A stretch of DNA of 64,000 nucleotides from a virus (Duplodnaviria; Heunggongvirae; Uroviricota; Caudoviricetes). A program made the translations under genes and the position numbers. The notes under the pieces are model-generated. The model was not told where the DNA came from and ran no database searches. It was given only the letters and a program-made list of their open reading frames with translations. The DNA is taken from IMG/VR virus record IMGVR_UViG_3300029288_000128, positions 26,152 through 90,151 of that record. One strand, written 5' to 3'. The first letter of the stretch is position 1. Every line of letters starts with the position of its first letter. Below are positions 20,465-30,196 of the stretch, piece by piece.

Positions 20465-20970
20465 CAATGAGAGATAAAGTCGCTGATCTTTGTCATGAAC
20501 AATGGAACGGATGGATGGTGTATCTCTTTGGTAAAAGTATTACTAATCAAGATGGTTCAGTAACCATACCAAAGGAGCTAGTAGAAAGATGGAGACGCCA
20601 AATGAACACACCATACATAGAATTGTCTGCCAAAGAAAAGGACAGCGACAAAGTAGAAGCAGATAAATTCATAAAGTTATTCGCTTCTAATGCTCCTAAG
20701 AAAACAGAAGCAGATCCAAGAGTCAAAGAAGTTGTAGAGTTATTCAAACAATATAGCTTAAACATCCGGGGCTTCGAGCCCGAAATAAATTGGGCCGTTG
20801 ACGGATCAATGGTCAAGAAACATCTTGGAAGATTCACAGTTGAACAATTAACAGATCTATTCGAATGGTATCTCAGATCAGATGATTGCAAACGCATGGG
20901 ATGTTCCTTAAAGATAGTGCTAAGCAATTACATTCTTAATAAATGGATGATTTCGTTTAACATGGAATAA
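20461..20970 (+). CDS. hypothetical protein
   Basis: ORF. Confidence 0.3.
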   Translation: MTMRDKVADLCHEQWNGWMVYLFGKSITNQDGSVTIPKELVERWRRQMNTPYIELSAKEKDSDKVEADKFIKLFASNAPKKTEADPRVKEVVELFKQYSLNIRGFEPEINWAVDGSMVKKHLGRFTVEQLTDLFEWYLRSDDCKRMGCSLKIVLSNYILNKWMISFNME

Positions 20971-20973
20971 TAT

Positions 20974-21762
20974 ATGATAACCAATGATCTAAACATTATC
21001 TCCTCGCATGATCTTAGAGAGAAACTGAAATCAATGCCAAAGGAAAAAAGATTTCCATTAGGTATAAAAGCTATAGATTATTTGACTAGAGGTTTCGGGC
21101 AAGGAGAACTGATCATTATTACTGGTTATTCAGGGCACGGCAAAACAACCTTAGCCCAAAACTTTACAACAAACATTTCTAGAAACAAAATGAATTGCCT
21201 ATGGTTTTCTTTCGAACTTACATCACAGCAATTTCTAAGAAAGTTTAATGAGCCACTACCACTGTTCTATATACCTGAAAAGAATACAGCCACAGGGCAC
21301 AAGTATATTGAGAACGCAGTAGAAGAAGCTATGAAGAGCCATAAGATAAATGCTGTGTTCATAGACCACCTACATTACATAGTAGAAATGTTACCCGGCA
21401 GTGGTATGAATCAATCAGCAGTTATAGGCGCAGCTTGTAGAAGTTTAAAAACATTCGCAGTAAAGCATGGTATAACTATCTTCTTGATAGCCCATACTAC
21501 ACAGCCAAGGGGGGATGAGCCACCTAACCTAGGATCGATCAGGGACAGTTCATTCATCGCGCAAGAATCCGATGCCGTCTACTGCATTAGTAGAATAAGA
21601 AAAAAGGGATATTCAAGCGAAGAATATGGAACTGATTCCTGGTTCACAATCCTAAAGCAAAGAGAGACAGGAAACCTTGGTAAGAAAGTTAGATTAACAT
21701 TTGAAAATAATACATATGTCGAAGCTATAACTAGTGACGACGAACGCAAAGTTCAAGTATAA
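20974..21762 (+). CDS. DnaB-like helicase C-terminal (RecA-fold) ATPase domain protein
   Basis: Walker A GYSGHGKTT, Walker B-like FIDHLH, LIAHTTQ...GSIRDS; no primase or N-terminal helicase domain. Confidence 0.45.
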   Translation: MITNDLNIISSHDLREKLKSMPKEKRFPLGIKAIDYLTRGFGQGELIIITGYSGHGKTTLAQNFTTNISRNKMNCLWFSFELTSQQFLRKFNEPLPLFYIPEKNTATGHKYIENAVEEAMKSHKINAVFIDHLHYIVEMLPGSGMNQSAVIGAACRSLKTFAVKHGITIFLIAHTTQPRGDEPPNLGSIRDSSFIAQESDAVYCISRIRKKGYSSEEYGTDSWFTILKQRETGNLGKKVRLTFENNTYVEAITSDDERKVQV

Positions 21763-21766
21763 TTTT

Positions 21767-22330
21767 ATGCCATCAGGAATATACAAAAGAACACAAGGAC
21801 AATTGAATAGATTGAAACTGCGAGGATTCCAAAAGGGCCAAGTATTTACAGATGCACATATAATGAATTTAAAAAATAAAACTTTTTCTAAAACACATAG
21901 AAAAAATTTAAGTATTTCATTATCTGGGAAAAGATATCCAGAAAGATCTGGGAACAAAAGCAATTTTTGGAAAGATGGAAGATGCAATGATAAACAATAT
22001 GTTAGTTGGCTCAAAAATAAACGCAATCGTATTATAAAAAGTAAAACGATTGGAAGCCATACTTATGGAGAGTGGCAAATTTTGAAGGCTCAATATAATT
22101 GGACATGTCTATGCTGCAAAAAATCGGAACCAAAAATTAAATTAACCGAAGATCATATTATACCCGTCAGTAAAGGAGGCTCTGATAATATAGAAAACAT
22201 ACAACCACTATGTCTTAAGTGCAATATAAAAAAGCATACAAAAATAATTAACTATAAAGATTGTGAAACGCAAACAGCAATTAAAAAAATTACACAAACA
22301 AAAAGTAAAACAAAAAAGAGTGCAGACTAA
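21767..22330 (+). CDS. HNH homing endonuclease
   Basis: CLCCKKSEP...EDHIIPVSKGG..NIQPLCLKCNIKKH. Confidence 0.6.
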   Translation: MPSGIYKRTQGQLNRLKLRGFQKGQVFTDAHIMNLKNKTFSKTHRKNLSISLSGKRYPERSGNKSNFWKDGRCNDKQYVSWLKNKRNRIIKSKTIGSHTYGEWQILKAQYNWTCLCCKKSEPKIKLTEDHIIPVSKGGSDNIENIQPLCLKCNIKKHTKIINYKDCETQTAIKKITQTKSKTKKSAD

Positions 22331-22335
22331 ATGTT

Positions 22336-22420
22336 GTCTGCCGGTTGGGCACTAAGCTCAACTGCCTTTGTCTTCGAGCGCTGGAGGATCTTCCCATACA
22401 GGATCCTCCCAGCCGACAGA
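22336..22420 (+). other. GC-rich nested stem-loop element
   Basis: Outer stem TCTGCCGGTTGGG ... CCCAGCCGACAGA encloses the perfect hairpin GGAGGATC-N11-GATCCTCC. Confidence 0.25.
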
Positions 22421-22427
22421 TAACATT

Positions 22428-22886
22428 ATGAAAATCATAAACAATTTATTTGCAATCATTATCGTGGGTATAATTATATCCGGCTATGCAATGGTATGTA
22501 TAAAAGTTGCTGATTACTTATCGTTAAAAATATACTACCTGGACTATGAGCATACAGAAGCAACATCAACTCCATGCATTGCAACATCTACACCAATCGA
22601 AGCGACATCAACTGAGATAGTCGCTCCGGTATCATGGTATGACTATGATCTAAAAGGAATCCCAGGTTATAGTAAGACCCATGATACTGCAGCCGCTAGA
22701 AACTATGGCCGTGGCCAATACGTTACAGTTACTAATGTAGCAAATAACAAATCAGTCAGAGTCAGGATAAATGATTACGGACCAGATGCGAAGATACATC
22801 CTGACAGAATGCTTGATCTGTCGAGTCATGCATTTGCACAAATAGCAGACTTAAGTTCAGGAATTATCCTGGCAAAAATTAAATAA
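22428..22886 (+). CDS. RlpA-like double-psi beta-barrel (lytic transglycosylase-like) protein with N-terminal TM
   Basis: SWYDYDLKG..GYSKTHDTAAARNYGRGQYVTVTNVANNKSVRVRINDYGP...DLSSHAF matches the RlpA DPBB pattern. Confidence 0.5.
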   Translation: MKIINNLFAIIIVGIIISGYAMVCIKVADYLSLKIYYLDYEHTEATSTPCIATSTPIEATSTEIVAPVSWYDYDLKGIPGYSKTHDTAAARNYGRGQYVTVTNVANNKSVRVRINDYGPDAKIHPDRMLDLSSHAFAQIADLSSGIILAKIK

Positions 22887-22887
22887 T

Positions 22888-23031
22888 ATGAATCCAAATT
22901 TAGAAAATTTCATTAAAGACAATCCAAAACTTACCGTACTAGGTTTGTTCTGGGCTGGCTTTTGGAGACTCTATGCTTTAATCTTTATCGGTGCATTTGT
23001 ATTAGCAATGATAGGTAAAGTACTAGAGTAG
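22888..23031 (+). CDS. small hydrophobic protein (holin/spanin-like candidate)
   Basis: 47 aa, mostly hydrophobic, immediately after the RlpA-like gene; not in the ORF track (<60 aa). Confidence 0.3.
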   Translation: MNPNLENFIKDNPKLTVLGLFWAGFWRLYALIFIGAFVLAMIGKVLE

Positions 23032-23133
23032 TCTTAAGTTGGTGAGCGACACTTTCTTGCACAGCAATGTGCACGACAAGCATGGGGATGTTGTCGTTCA
23101 CCATCTCAAAACTATTAATTATAGGAGGATATT

Positions 23134-23250
23134 ATGAAAGTAATTTGTGTTTCTTGTTACAAAGAAGTAATAGTTGAACTAGTTCCTTTCGCCAACGGCC
23201 ATGTTGCAATTTGTCCACATTGTGGGAAGCTTGCATACAATGGCAAATAA
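23134..23250 (+). CDS. small zinc-ribbon protein (38 aa)
   Basis: Strong RBS AGGAGG 6 nt before ATG; CVSCYKE...CPHCGK; preceded by a stem-loop at 23041-23101. Confidence 0.4.
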   Translation: MKVICVSCYKEVIVELVPFANGHVAICPHCGKLAYNGK

Positions 23251-23470
23251 AACATGGAGGGACGTAAAACTCCCTCCGACAATTCATATGTATAAAATAT
23301 TTAATAACATAATAGTAGCTATCATTTGTCTGATCATAGCCATCGGTATACTTGTAGTATCGATCGTCAATGCAGCGACAGAGCAGGTGACTGCCAAGGC
23401 TACAGTTAAAGATAACCCATGCAATATTTGCATGTCAGTATGTAAATCAAATGAAGGAACATCTTTTTAA
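23240..23470 (+). CDS. small membrane protein
   Basis: TM segment IVAIICLIIAIGILVVSIV. Confidence 0.3.
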   Translation: MANKTWRDVKLPPTIHMYKIFNNIIVAIICLIIAIGILVVSIVNAATEQVTAKATVKDNPCNICMSVCKSNEGTSF

Positions 23471-23801
23471 AAGAATATCAATCCGTACCGGACTCAGCGT
23501 CCTGGAAGTTATGAACATGTTCACAGTAGCAGCGGCCATAGTAAGACAAGATTTAGTAGAGAAAGAAGCTTGCACCGTCCCGTTTCTTGGTAGATTCTTT
23601 GTGAAGCATGTACCAAAACGCAAGATGAAACTCATGGATTTTAAAACAAAAGCACAGCGCATAGTAATGCTGCCACCGAGAAGTGTAATCAAGTTCGAAA
23701 TAAATCCAACAATAAGATCAATGACTAAGGTAGAGCCAGAGTCGATTATCTCAGACGAAAGAGATAACACGAACTACGGCCAGCCAATTAACATAGAATA
23801 A
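23451..23801 (+). CDS. HU/IHF-like DNA-binding protein
   Basis: ISIRTGLS...PFLGRFFVKHVPKRKMKLMDFKTKAQRIVMLPPRSVIKFE fits the HU arm region (GxFxxxxRxxRxxRNPxTGE-like spacing). Confidence 0.45.
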   Translation: MKEHLFKRISIRTGLSVLEVMNMFTVAAAIVRQDLVEKEACTVPFLGRFFVKHVPKRKMKLMDFKTKAQRIVMLPPRSVIKFEINPTIRSMTKVEPESIISDERDNTNYGQPINIE

Positions 23802-23802
23802 T

Positions 23803-24351
23803 ATGGCATTCTCATTTTTTAAAAAAGCACCAAAGAATCCATTAGATGATACTACCTATGGGTTGGTAGCAGATTCAGTTCTTACAGAAGATATGTTGAA
23901 TGAAACATATGCAAGTCTCAAGGCTAACCAAGTATACGGCATGAACATTGTTGCCTCACCAAATACAACAAGCGGACTTACTGTGACATCTGGTACGGCG
24001 CAGCCTCAGTCATGGACGACAACTAGCACGGGCACAACATCGGCAGGGTGGTACAACTATGATGCTGGGACTCCTAAGCACAGACCGATCACGCCAGACG
24101 AGCACGAAGTCATGATCTCACTTGGATTTGAATTCAATGTAGCAGAGAATAGATACGAACTTAAGTTAAGCACAGGATGCCACATTCCTTTGGAAGAAAT
24201 AATGAGCAAGAACAATGTCACAGTAGAAACTATTGTTGACAATTATCTGAAAGAAATGAAGCAAAAAATAACAGATAAAATAAAGAGTACATTAATTCTT
24301 AACAAGCTGGCCAAAGTCAAAGGGCCTGAAAACGAAAATGAAAAGCAGTAG
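23803..24351 (+). CDS. hypothetical protein
   Basis: ORF. Confidence 0.3.
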   Translation: MAFSFFKKAPKNPLDDTTYGLVADSVLTEDMLNETYASLKANQVYGMNIVASPNTTSGLTVTSGTAQPQSWTTTSTGTTSAGWYNYDAGTPKHRPITPDEHEVMISLGFEFNVAENRYELKLSTGCHIPLEEIMSKNNVTVETIVDNYLKEMKQKITDKIKSTLILNKLAKVKGPENENEKQ

Positions 24352-24874
24352 TGTCATAAAAGAAAAAGCTTGCCAGCAATGTGGAGAAATATTTACTACT
24401 AAAAGAAAGAATGGAAACACACTAGGGAAGAAACAGTTTAGTCTGAGAAAATTCTGTTCATATAGATGCAATGCTTTGTCATTCATGACTAAAGATCGAC
24501 ATGATAAAATGGTAGCATCAAGAAAATCTAATGGTGGATATACATCAGAGAACAATGGTCTTTATATAGATGGTAGATGCAAAGTCCCTGGTTATCTTAG
24601 TTGGACAAAAAATAGACGTAATAGATTGAAACGAGTAACGATCATTGAATTTGGTTCACATACATTTGAAGAATGGCAGGAATTAAAAAAGAAATTTAAT
24701 TATACGTGTCCATGCTGTGGAAAATCCGAACCAGAAATTAATTTGACAGAAGATCATATTATTCCACTATCAAAGAATGGAACAGACTTAATTAATAATA
24801 TACAACCATTGTGTCTTATTTGTAACATTAGTAAGCACACTAAGATTGTACAATACTACTGTGAAAAATTGTAA
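24338..24874 (+). CDS. HNH homing endonuclease
   Basis: YTCPCCGKSEPEINLTEDHIIPLSKNGTDLINNIQPLCLICNISKH. Confidence 0.55.
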   Translation: MKSSSVIKEKACQQCGEIFTTKRKNGNTLGKKQFSLRKFCSYRCNALSFMTKDRHDKMVASRKSNGGYTSENNGLYIDGRCKVPGYLSWTKNRRNRLKRVTIIEFGSHTFEEWQELKKKFNYTCPCCGKSEPEINLTEDHIIPLSKNGTDLINNIQPLCLICNISKHTKIVQYYCEKL

Positions 24875-25166
24875 ACAATGTGGACACAATGATTTCAGCT
24901 TCAAAACAAAAGGAGCTTTCACTGTTGTCACCTGCAAGAACTGCAGTAATGAGTTCGAGTTTATCAGAAAAAAGAAACCAGTTAAGGAGGAACATAAGTG
25001 TCCTAAGTGCGGTACTGAAATGGAAAGACATAAAATATTGCTTACCCCCGAAGCATTATTGAAGCCAATGTTTTATACCTATCATTACAGGTGTACTAAA
25101 TGCAATGAAGAAGTTCCTGATCCTACGACCAAGCGCGTCAATGCAATGTACACAAAATCATCATGA
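24846..25166 (+). CDS. multi-zinc-ribbon protein
   Basis: Four CxxC pairs: CKQCG, CKNCS, CPKCG, CTKCN. Confidence 0.35.
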   Translation: MYNTTVKNCKQCGHNDFSFKTKGAFTVVTCKNCSNEFEFIRKKKPVKEEHKCPKCGTEMERHKILLTPEALLKPMFYTYHYRCTKCNEEVPDPTTKRVNAMYTKSS

Positions 25167-25274
25167 GCTTCTGGTATGAACCCAAGTTCAAAGATCTTGA
25201 TATAGATAAAGATGAATTGAATATCTATCTAGGCTACGATAACAATGGTAGTATCTACGCCACTGTCAAAATAG

Positions 25275-25892
25275 ATGATCTTAAAAATATTCTTAATCAA
25301 CAAAACAATGAAGAAGGAAATATACAACAAAAAACTTAAGTCAATTATTAACTCCACCATAAACGAACTGAAGGAAAGATTATACCTTACTGACTGGAAG
25401 ATCATGATAAGATATAGCGATACCAATTCATCTACAGATGAAAGAGGAGAAAGAAATCTAGCTTCTATCAGGCCGAGCTATGTCTATTCTAACGCAGTGC
25501 TTACGGTTTATCCGTCATTAGTAAATGACATTAAACATGACAGTTCACTATTAAAAGATGTGTTATGCCACGAAATGATTCATTGCTTAACAGACGAGGT
25601 CCTAGTCTTAGCCAATGGAAGATTCACTACGCCGCCCGAGTTAAACTCAGCGAATGAAAGACTAGTTCAAAAAATAACAAGAGTCATTGAATGGAAGCAC
25701 TCTCCTAAAACAAATGATATTAAAAAAACTAGAATCAAAAATAATAAAGTTCCTAGTAAAAAGATACAAGTACCTAAGGGTCGCCATGGAAGTGGACATG
25801 CCACCGGAGTTCATAATATCAAACCACGCAAGGGAAAGGTTATTAGAACGCTTTCAATGCGATGGAACCAAAATAAAAAAGATCGTTCTTAA
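25275..25892 (+). CDS. putative HExxH zinc metallopeptidase-like protein
   Basis: LCHEMIHCL holds an HExxH motif; family not assignable. Confidence 0.3.
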   Translation: MILKIFLINKTMKKEIYNKKLKSIINSTINELKERLYLTDWKIMIRYSDTNSSTDERGERNLASIRPSYVYSNAVLTVYPSLVNDIKHDSSLLKDVLCHEMIHCLTDEVLVLANGRFTTPPELNSANERLVQKITRVIEWKHSPKTNDIKKTRIKNNKVPSKKIQVPKGRHGSGHATGVHNIKPRKGKVIRTLSMRWNQNKKDRS

Positions 25893-26163
25893 GGCATGGA
25901 TGAGTAACGTCCCTGTCCCGGGACATTACAGTTATAACAATATGGAGTATGGCAAGATGTGTAGAAACTTCAATGGATTCATATTCATCTTCGCCGCCAG
26001 ATATTTACCTAGACACGGATTCTCACAGAAGACATTAGTCACTGTGGTAAATCCTAAAACATATTATGTCAAAAGTCTCAATAATCGTTCCAACTATAAG
26101 GCCTGGCAATATAAAAAGATTGCTGTCAACAATCACGAGCAATGCGGGGATACAGCAGTCTAA
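25687..26163 (+). CDS. hypothetical protein (overlaps neighbouring ORFs in other frames)
   Basis: ORF; real extent uncertain. Confidence 0.2.
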   Translation: MNGSTLLKQMILKKLESKIIKFLVKRYKYLRVAMEVDMPPEFIISNHARERLLERFQCDGTKIKKIVLKAWMSNVPVPGHYSYNNMEYGKMCRNFNGFIFIFAARYLPRHGFSQKTLVTVVNPKTYYVKSLNNRSNYKAWQYKKIAVNNHEQCGDTAV

Positions 26164-27268
26164 TTACGAGGTCATTGTAATGGAAGATACAAACAGAATC
26201 GGTGCACCAAAGATGGTCAAGAACCTTGTAGCAATGGCTAAGCATGATCTAGTAATGTTCCTTGGCGATGATACCATGCCACAAAAGAACTTCTTAAAGA
26301 ACGCTATAAAAACTATGAAGAAGTTCCCAAAGATGGATGGCATGGTAGGCCTAATGGATCCTAACCGTAAATATGGGGAAGCACCCACACATTGGATGGC
26401 CAGCAAGCAGCTTCTACCTGCCCTAGGTGGAGAGTTCTTCCATACAGGATACATTCATCAGTACTGTGACAATGAACTCGCGGCTAGAGCCCTTAAATTG
26501 GGCAAGTTGATCATGTCTGAAGACTCTATAATAGTCCATACACACCCGGGATTCTCAGATAAGAGCAAAACATTTGACGAAAATATAAAAAACTGTTCTG
26601 ATAAAGATTATAAAAGAGTTTATTCTGACAAAGCCAGCGAACATGATGAGAAACTATTCCATAAAAGAATGGAGCAGTTTGGTATCTTAAAGTCTACAGG
26701 AGAAAGAGTTACCCCCGGCGATATGCGCCACGACATACTAACATTGCAAGAACATATGGCAAGATACAACTTTGCACTAGGGTTCTGTGTTAATGGAACG
26801 GTGTTGGATGCAGCTTGTGGTGCAGGTTATGGCACACATATGCTTAATGAGGCAGCAATATCAGCGACTGGCTGGGACATCTCACCGGAAGCTATCAATT
26901 TTGCCAAGAGTAAATACAATGGAACATTTGAAATAAAAGATCTGTCAAAGAAATTGCCAGATAAACATTTCGATACTATCGTAAGTTTCGAAACAATCGA
27001 GCATATGAAAGACCCGAACAACTTTCTTAAATGGGTCGTCGGCCACTGCGACTCATTCATATTCTCGATACCATTAGATAACCCTAGCAAGTACCACCTA
27101 CAAGTATATTCATTTGACAAAATAGAGAAATTGTTTCATAAGTATTGGAAGGAAGTACAATGGTCAACGCAAAGCTGGATCAATATATACCCAGGAGTAC
27201 ATCCCAATTCCACCTTTGTTATAGGCATTTGCCACAAGAAAGATACGAAAAAAAACTTGACAAAATAA
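26066..27268 (+). CDS. bifunctional glycosyltransferase (GT2-like) / SAM-dependent methyltransferase
   Basis: N-terminus MSKVSIIVPTIRPGN is GT2-like; C-terminus VLDAACGAGYGT is class I MTase motif I. Confidence 0.5.
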   Translation: MSKVSIIVPTIRPGNIKRLLSTITSNAGIQQSNYEVIVMEDTNRIGAPKMVKNLVAMAKHDLVMFLGDDTMPQKNFLKNAIKTMKKFPKMDGMVGLMDPNRKYGEAPTHWMASKQLLPALGGEFFHTGYIHQYCDNELAARALKLGKLIMSEDSIIVHTHPGFSDKSKTFDENIKNCSDKDYKRVYSDKASEHDEKLFHKRMEQFGILKSTGERVTPGDMRHDILTLQEHMARYNFALGFCVNGTVLDAACGAGYGTHMLNEAAISATGWDISPEAINFAKSKYNGTFEIKDLSKKLPDKHFDTIVSFETIEHMKDPNNFLKWVVGHCDSFIFSIPLDNPSKYHLQVYSFDKIEKLFHKYWKEVQWSTQSWINIYPGVHPNSTFVIGICHKKDTKKNLTK

Positions 27269-27284
27269 TTAGATATGCTATACT
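27257..27284 (+). promoter_or_regulatory. sigma70-like promoter, conserved motif copy 3
   Basis: CTTGACAAA-N-ATATGCTATACT with a 16-nt spacer; ATG at 27291 gives a leaderless mRNA. Confidence 0.55.
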
Positions 27285-27290
27285 AACTAT

Positions 27291-27509
27291 ATGGATAAGC
27301 AAACATTAGAAAGTTATAATAACCTCAGGCAAAAGCTAGCCGATAACCACAAGGAAATCTGTGACAACTTTCATTCATGGCAAGATAATGAAATAGATTC
27401 AGAGACCCATGATAAAAATAGTCGCACATTATATGAAACAAAAAGAAAGATCCTAGCAGATATCGGCGCATTGTTTGATGACAATCGTTATGAAAGGTTT
27501 AAACCATAG
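27291..27509 (+). CDS. hypothetical protein
   Basis: ATG sits 6 nt after the -10 element. Confidence 0.35.
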   Translation: MDKQTLESYNNLRQKLADNHKEICDNFHSWQDNEIDSETHDKNSRTLYETKRKILADIGALFDDNRYERFKP

Positions 27510-27879
27510 ATTTAAAAAAGACGAAACATTCGAATGGTTGTTTTGGCAACGATGTATGTGGTGTGGAGAAAACAAATGGGACGCCTTACATCATATTATT
27601 TCCCCATCAAGCAGAGGCTACCACAAAGTAGATTGTAATAAATCAATACTCAATAGTTGCCCTATACATAATAACAAGTGTCATTTAAATAATTCACAGC
27701 TACATCAAAGAGAAAATGAAATTGAATTGTTCCAAAAAACATTCCAAGCTTTGTCTTCTCTAGGATATAAGTTAAAAGAAATCGACGAACAGTTTATGGA
27801 AACATACTGGGAGTCGCATTACAAAAACGTATGCACTACATTGGAATCGATCCGGGACTCTCAGGAGGCCTGGCAATAA
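27475..27879 (+). CDS. HNH-like nuclease / zinc-finger protein
   Basis: CMWCGE...ALHHII...NSCPIHNNKCH. Confidence 0.3.
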   Translation: MMTIVMKGLNHRFKKDETFEWLFWQRCMWCGENKWDALHHIISPSSRGYHKVDCNKSILNSCPIHNNKCHLNNSQLHQRENEIELFQKTFQALSSLGYKLKEIDEQFMETYWESHYKNVCTTLESIRDSQEAWQ

Positions 27880-28316
27880 TAAATGATACACACACGATGG
27901 CAGTATTACCTATGCCAGTATTATATATTGGTGGCAAGAAAGAAATTAATGTTAAGTCATTGTCCAATTGGTTGAAGTCAAATGCACACGCATGCAAGAT
28001 GGTAGGTATTGAGATCCAACACGCCATGCCTAAACAAGGAGTCACCTCCATGTTCAAGATCGGCAAAGGCTACGGTATATTGATCGGGTTATTGAATGCA
28101 TTAGATATCCCTTTCACTGAGATCCGGGCCAATGAATGGCAGAAAGAAATGTTTAAAGGCCAACCTAAAGGAAATACCAAAGACTTAAGTAAGAAAATAG
28201 CACAGCAATTATTCCCAAGCATCGAGTTCAAAGCTACATCACGATGTACTAATATACATGATGGAATGACAGACGCTGCATTAATCTGCACATATATAAA
28301 ACAAAAATATACTTAA
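27831..28316 (+). CDS. RuvC-like Holliday junction resolvase (RNase H fold)
   Basis: N-terminus MHYIGIDPGLSGGLAII resembles the RuvC LGIDPG..TG motif. Confidence 0.5.
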   Translation: MHYIGIDPGLSGGLAIINDTHTMAVLPMPVLYIGGKKEINVKSLSNWLKSNAHACKMVGIEIQHAMPKQGVTSMFKIGKGYGILIGLLNALDIPFTEIRANEWQKEMFKGQPKGNTKDLSKKIAQQLFPSIEFKATSRCTNIHDGMTDAALICTYIKQKYT

Positions 28317-28319
28317 GTA

Positions 28320-28620
28320 TCTATAGACTGTTACTCTGTGGTTATGCTGACGTGATGGCCACGGCTTTTGTTCAGGTGACTGACCACTCGATTGACGAAC
28401 ATCTTGCAGAATTCCACTGCTAAACCCGAGGGGACGCAGAGTAGCGGCCTATAAATACTTATTTCTTGTCAGCCGGTATCTACGATTGCCGGAAGTTATG
28501 TGAATAGCCAGCCAGTCCCTAGACTGGTTAACATAAGCCTTGCCCTACTCTGAGGCCGAAACCAGATGATCCATAGTAGGTTAGTGAGATCTACAAGGCA
28601 CTGGCTGATAATAAATAATT
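28320..28620 (+). ncRNA. candidate structured non-coding RNA (about 300 nt intergenic, GC-enriched)
   Basis: Long-range pairing CAGAGTAG (28434-) with CTACTCTG (28547-); local hairpins CCAGTC-cctag-GACTGG and GCCT..AGGC; no ORF. Confidence 0.25.
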
Positions 28621-28714
28621 ATGACTAAACAAATCAAACATGACATACATTGGATCTTTAGAAACAAGTATGCTAGATGGACAAAGATAAAATTTATTAT
28701 TAACAAATACGCAT

Positions 28715-28936
28715 ATGGGATCAAAAGATTCTGGAGAAAATCTCGTTGTCGGAATTGTGACAATTAAAAAAGCCATGGAAGAACTCATGAAGAGCGGTCT
28801 CAATAGACGCGCCATTGTGGTTCTTATCCAGGACAGAACTAAATTGTCCAAAGATCACATCGAGAAAACACTAGATGCATTATGCAGTTTAGAAAAGTGG
28901 TATACGAACTACACCGATCCTAAAAAAAAAGATTAG
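28715..28936 (+). CDS. hypothetical protein
   Basis: ORF. Confidence 0.3.
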   Translation: MGSKDSGENLVVGIVTIKKAMEELMKSGLNRRAIVVLIQDRTKLSKDHIEKTLDALCSLEKWYTNYTDPKKKD

Positions 28937-29045
28937 TTTCAGAATATTGCAAAGATTGTGTACGACGTAGTGACAAAAGGTATTGTCACTATGGAATATT
29001 AATGACTGAGAACAAAAAATATTGTACTCATAAACAAAAAACTTT

Positions 29046-29627
29046 ATGAAAAGTGAAGACGTATTCACGCAGAAACAAAACCCATTGCTTGGAGACAAGG
29101 TAAAACTATGGAAATCCAGGGACATTCAAGGATCAGAGATCGAAGTAGGTGAATGCTTGGCAGGTATAATCAGATTAACTAAGCCGGAAGTTGTGGTAGA
29201 AACCGGATGCTACATGGGAGATTCAACAATTGCCATGGCCAAAGCATTAAAGAAAAACAAGTTTGGTAAATTATATACTTGCGATACCAATGCTAAGTTA
29301 GCTTCTAAAGTTAAAGCAAGAATCAAACAACTTGATCTTGGTAAGTATGCTGAAGTATTTGTTATGAGTGGTGATGATCTTATAGAAAAAGTAAACGAAA
29401 AGGCAAGAATAGATTTCGCCTTCGTAGATAGTAGCAATGAATGTGCTGTACGAGAATACGAAATGAAGCTTCTTGTCAAGTATCTTTTTCCGCGCAGGAT
29501 GTTTGCAGTACATGACACAGCCCCACAGCATGCCGGAATGGTGCAGGTAATGGACAAGATCAACCTACCGAAGATATACTTTGATACACCACGTGGGTTA
29601 ACATTAGTAGAGATACCACATAGATAA
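29046..29627 (+). CDS. SAM-dependent O-methyltransferase (CCoAOMT/COMT-like)
   Basis: EVVVETGCYMGDSTIAMAKAL...IDFAFVDS matches class I O-MTase family 3 motifs. Confidence 0.5.
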   Translation: MKSEDVFTQKQNPLLGDKVKLWKSRDIQGSEIEVGECLAGIIRLTKPEVVVETGCYMGDSTIAMAKALKKNKFGKLYTCDTNAKLASKVKARIKQLDLGKYAEVFVMSGDDLIEKVNEKARIDFAFVDSSNECAVREYEMKLLVKYLFPRRMFAVHDTAPQHAGMVQVMDKINLPKIYFDTPRGLTLVEIPHR

Positions 29628-29700
29628 GGAGTGCAGGTGATCACCAGGGACTGGCCCTTTGAATCCTAGTGATCGTGGGTTCGATTCCCACAGCTCCACA
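29628..29700 (+). other. degenerate tRNA-like element
   Basis: Canonical T-arm GTGGG-TTCGATT-CCCAC; acceptor pairs only 4-5 bp (ggag/ctcc); D and anticodon arms not foldable by eye. Confidence 0.3.
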
Positions 29701-29962
29701 ATGAACATACAGGCGTATTAACGTTCTGATCAGAAGCCCATTGAAGCGTCACTGGCTCTATGGCGGGCGTCATCCGATCTGACAACCATTAATTCTTAAC
29801 CATAAATTAGTGATATGAATTTTAAAAAACCAGGAGGCAAAATCTACAGTAAGAAAATGGAACGCGCTTTCTTATATAAGCAATGGTCGAGGAAAGTACA
29901 CAAGAGTAATCTAATCATGAATGAAAAACTTTCTACTGATATTAAAAAACTAGAATAATAAA

Positions 29963-30175
29963 ATGCAAAACATGGGATTAACAAAAAATCAATTGAAGAC
30001 AGCCGAGTTTGTATCCAACATGCTCAAGAAAAAAGGCAGGCTTCCTACAATAAAAGAAACAATGATCAAGTTTAACCTTAACTCCTCGGCCAGCGCCTGG
30101 GATAGATTAAACAGATATAAAAATAAAAAAGTTCTTGTAGGAGTATGCCCATACTGCAACACGCCCTTGAAATAA
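29963..30175 (+). CDS. hypothetical protein
   Basis: ORF; C-terminal CPYC. Confidence 0.3.
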   Translation: MQNMGLTKNQLKTAEFVSNMLKKKGRLPTIKETMIKFNLNSSASAWDRLNRYKNKKVLVGVCPYCNTPLK

Positions 30176-30196
30176 CGTAGACAGTTTTAATAAAAT

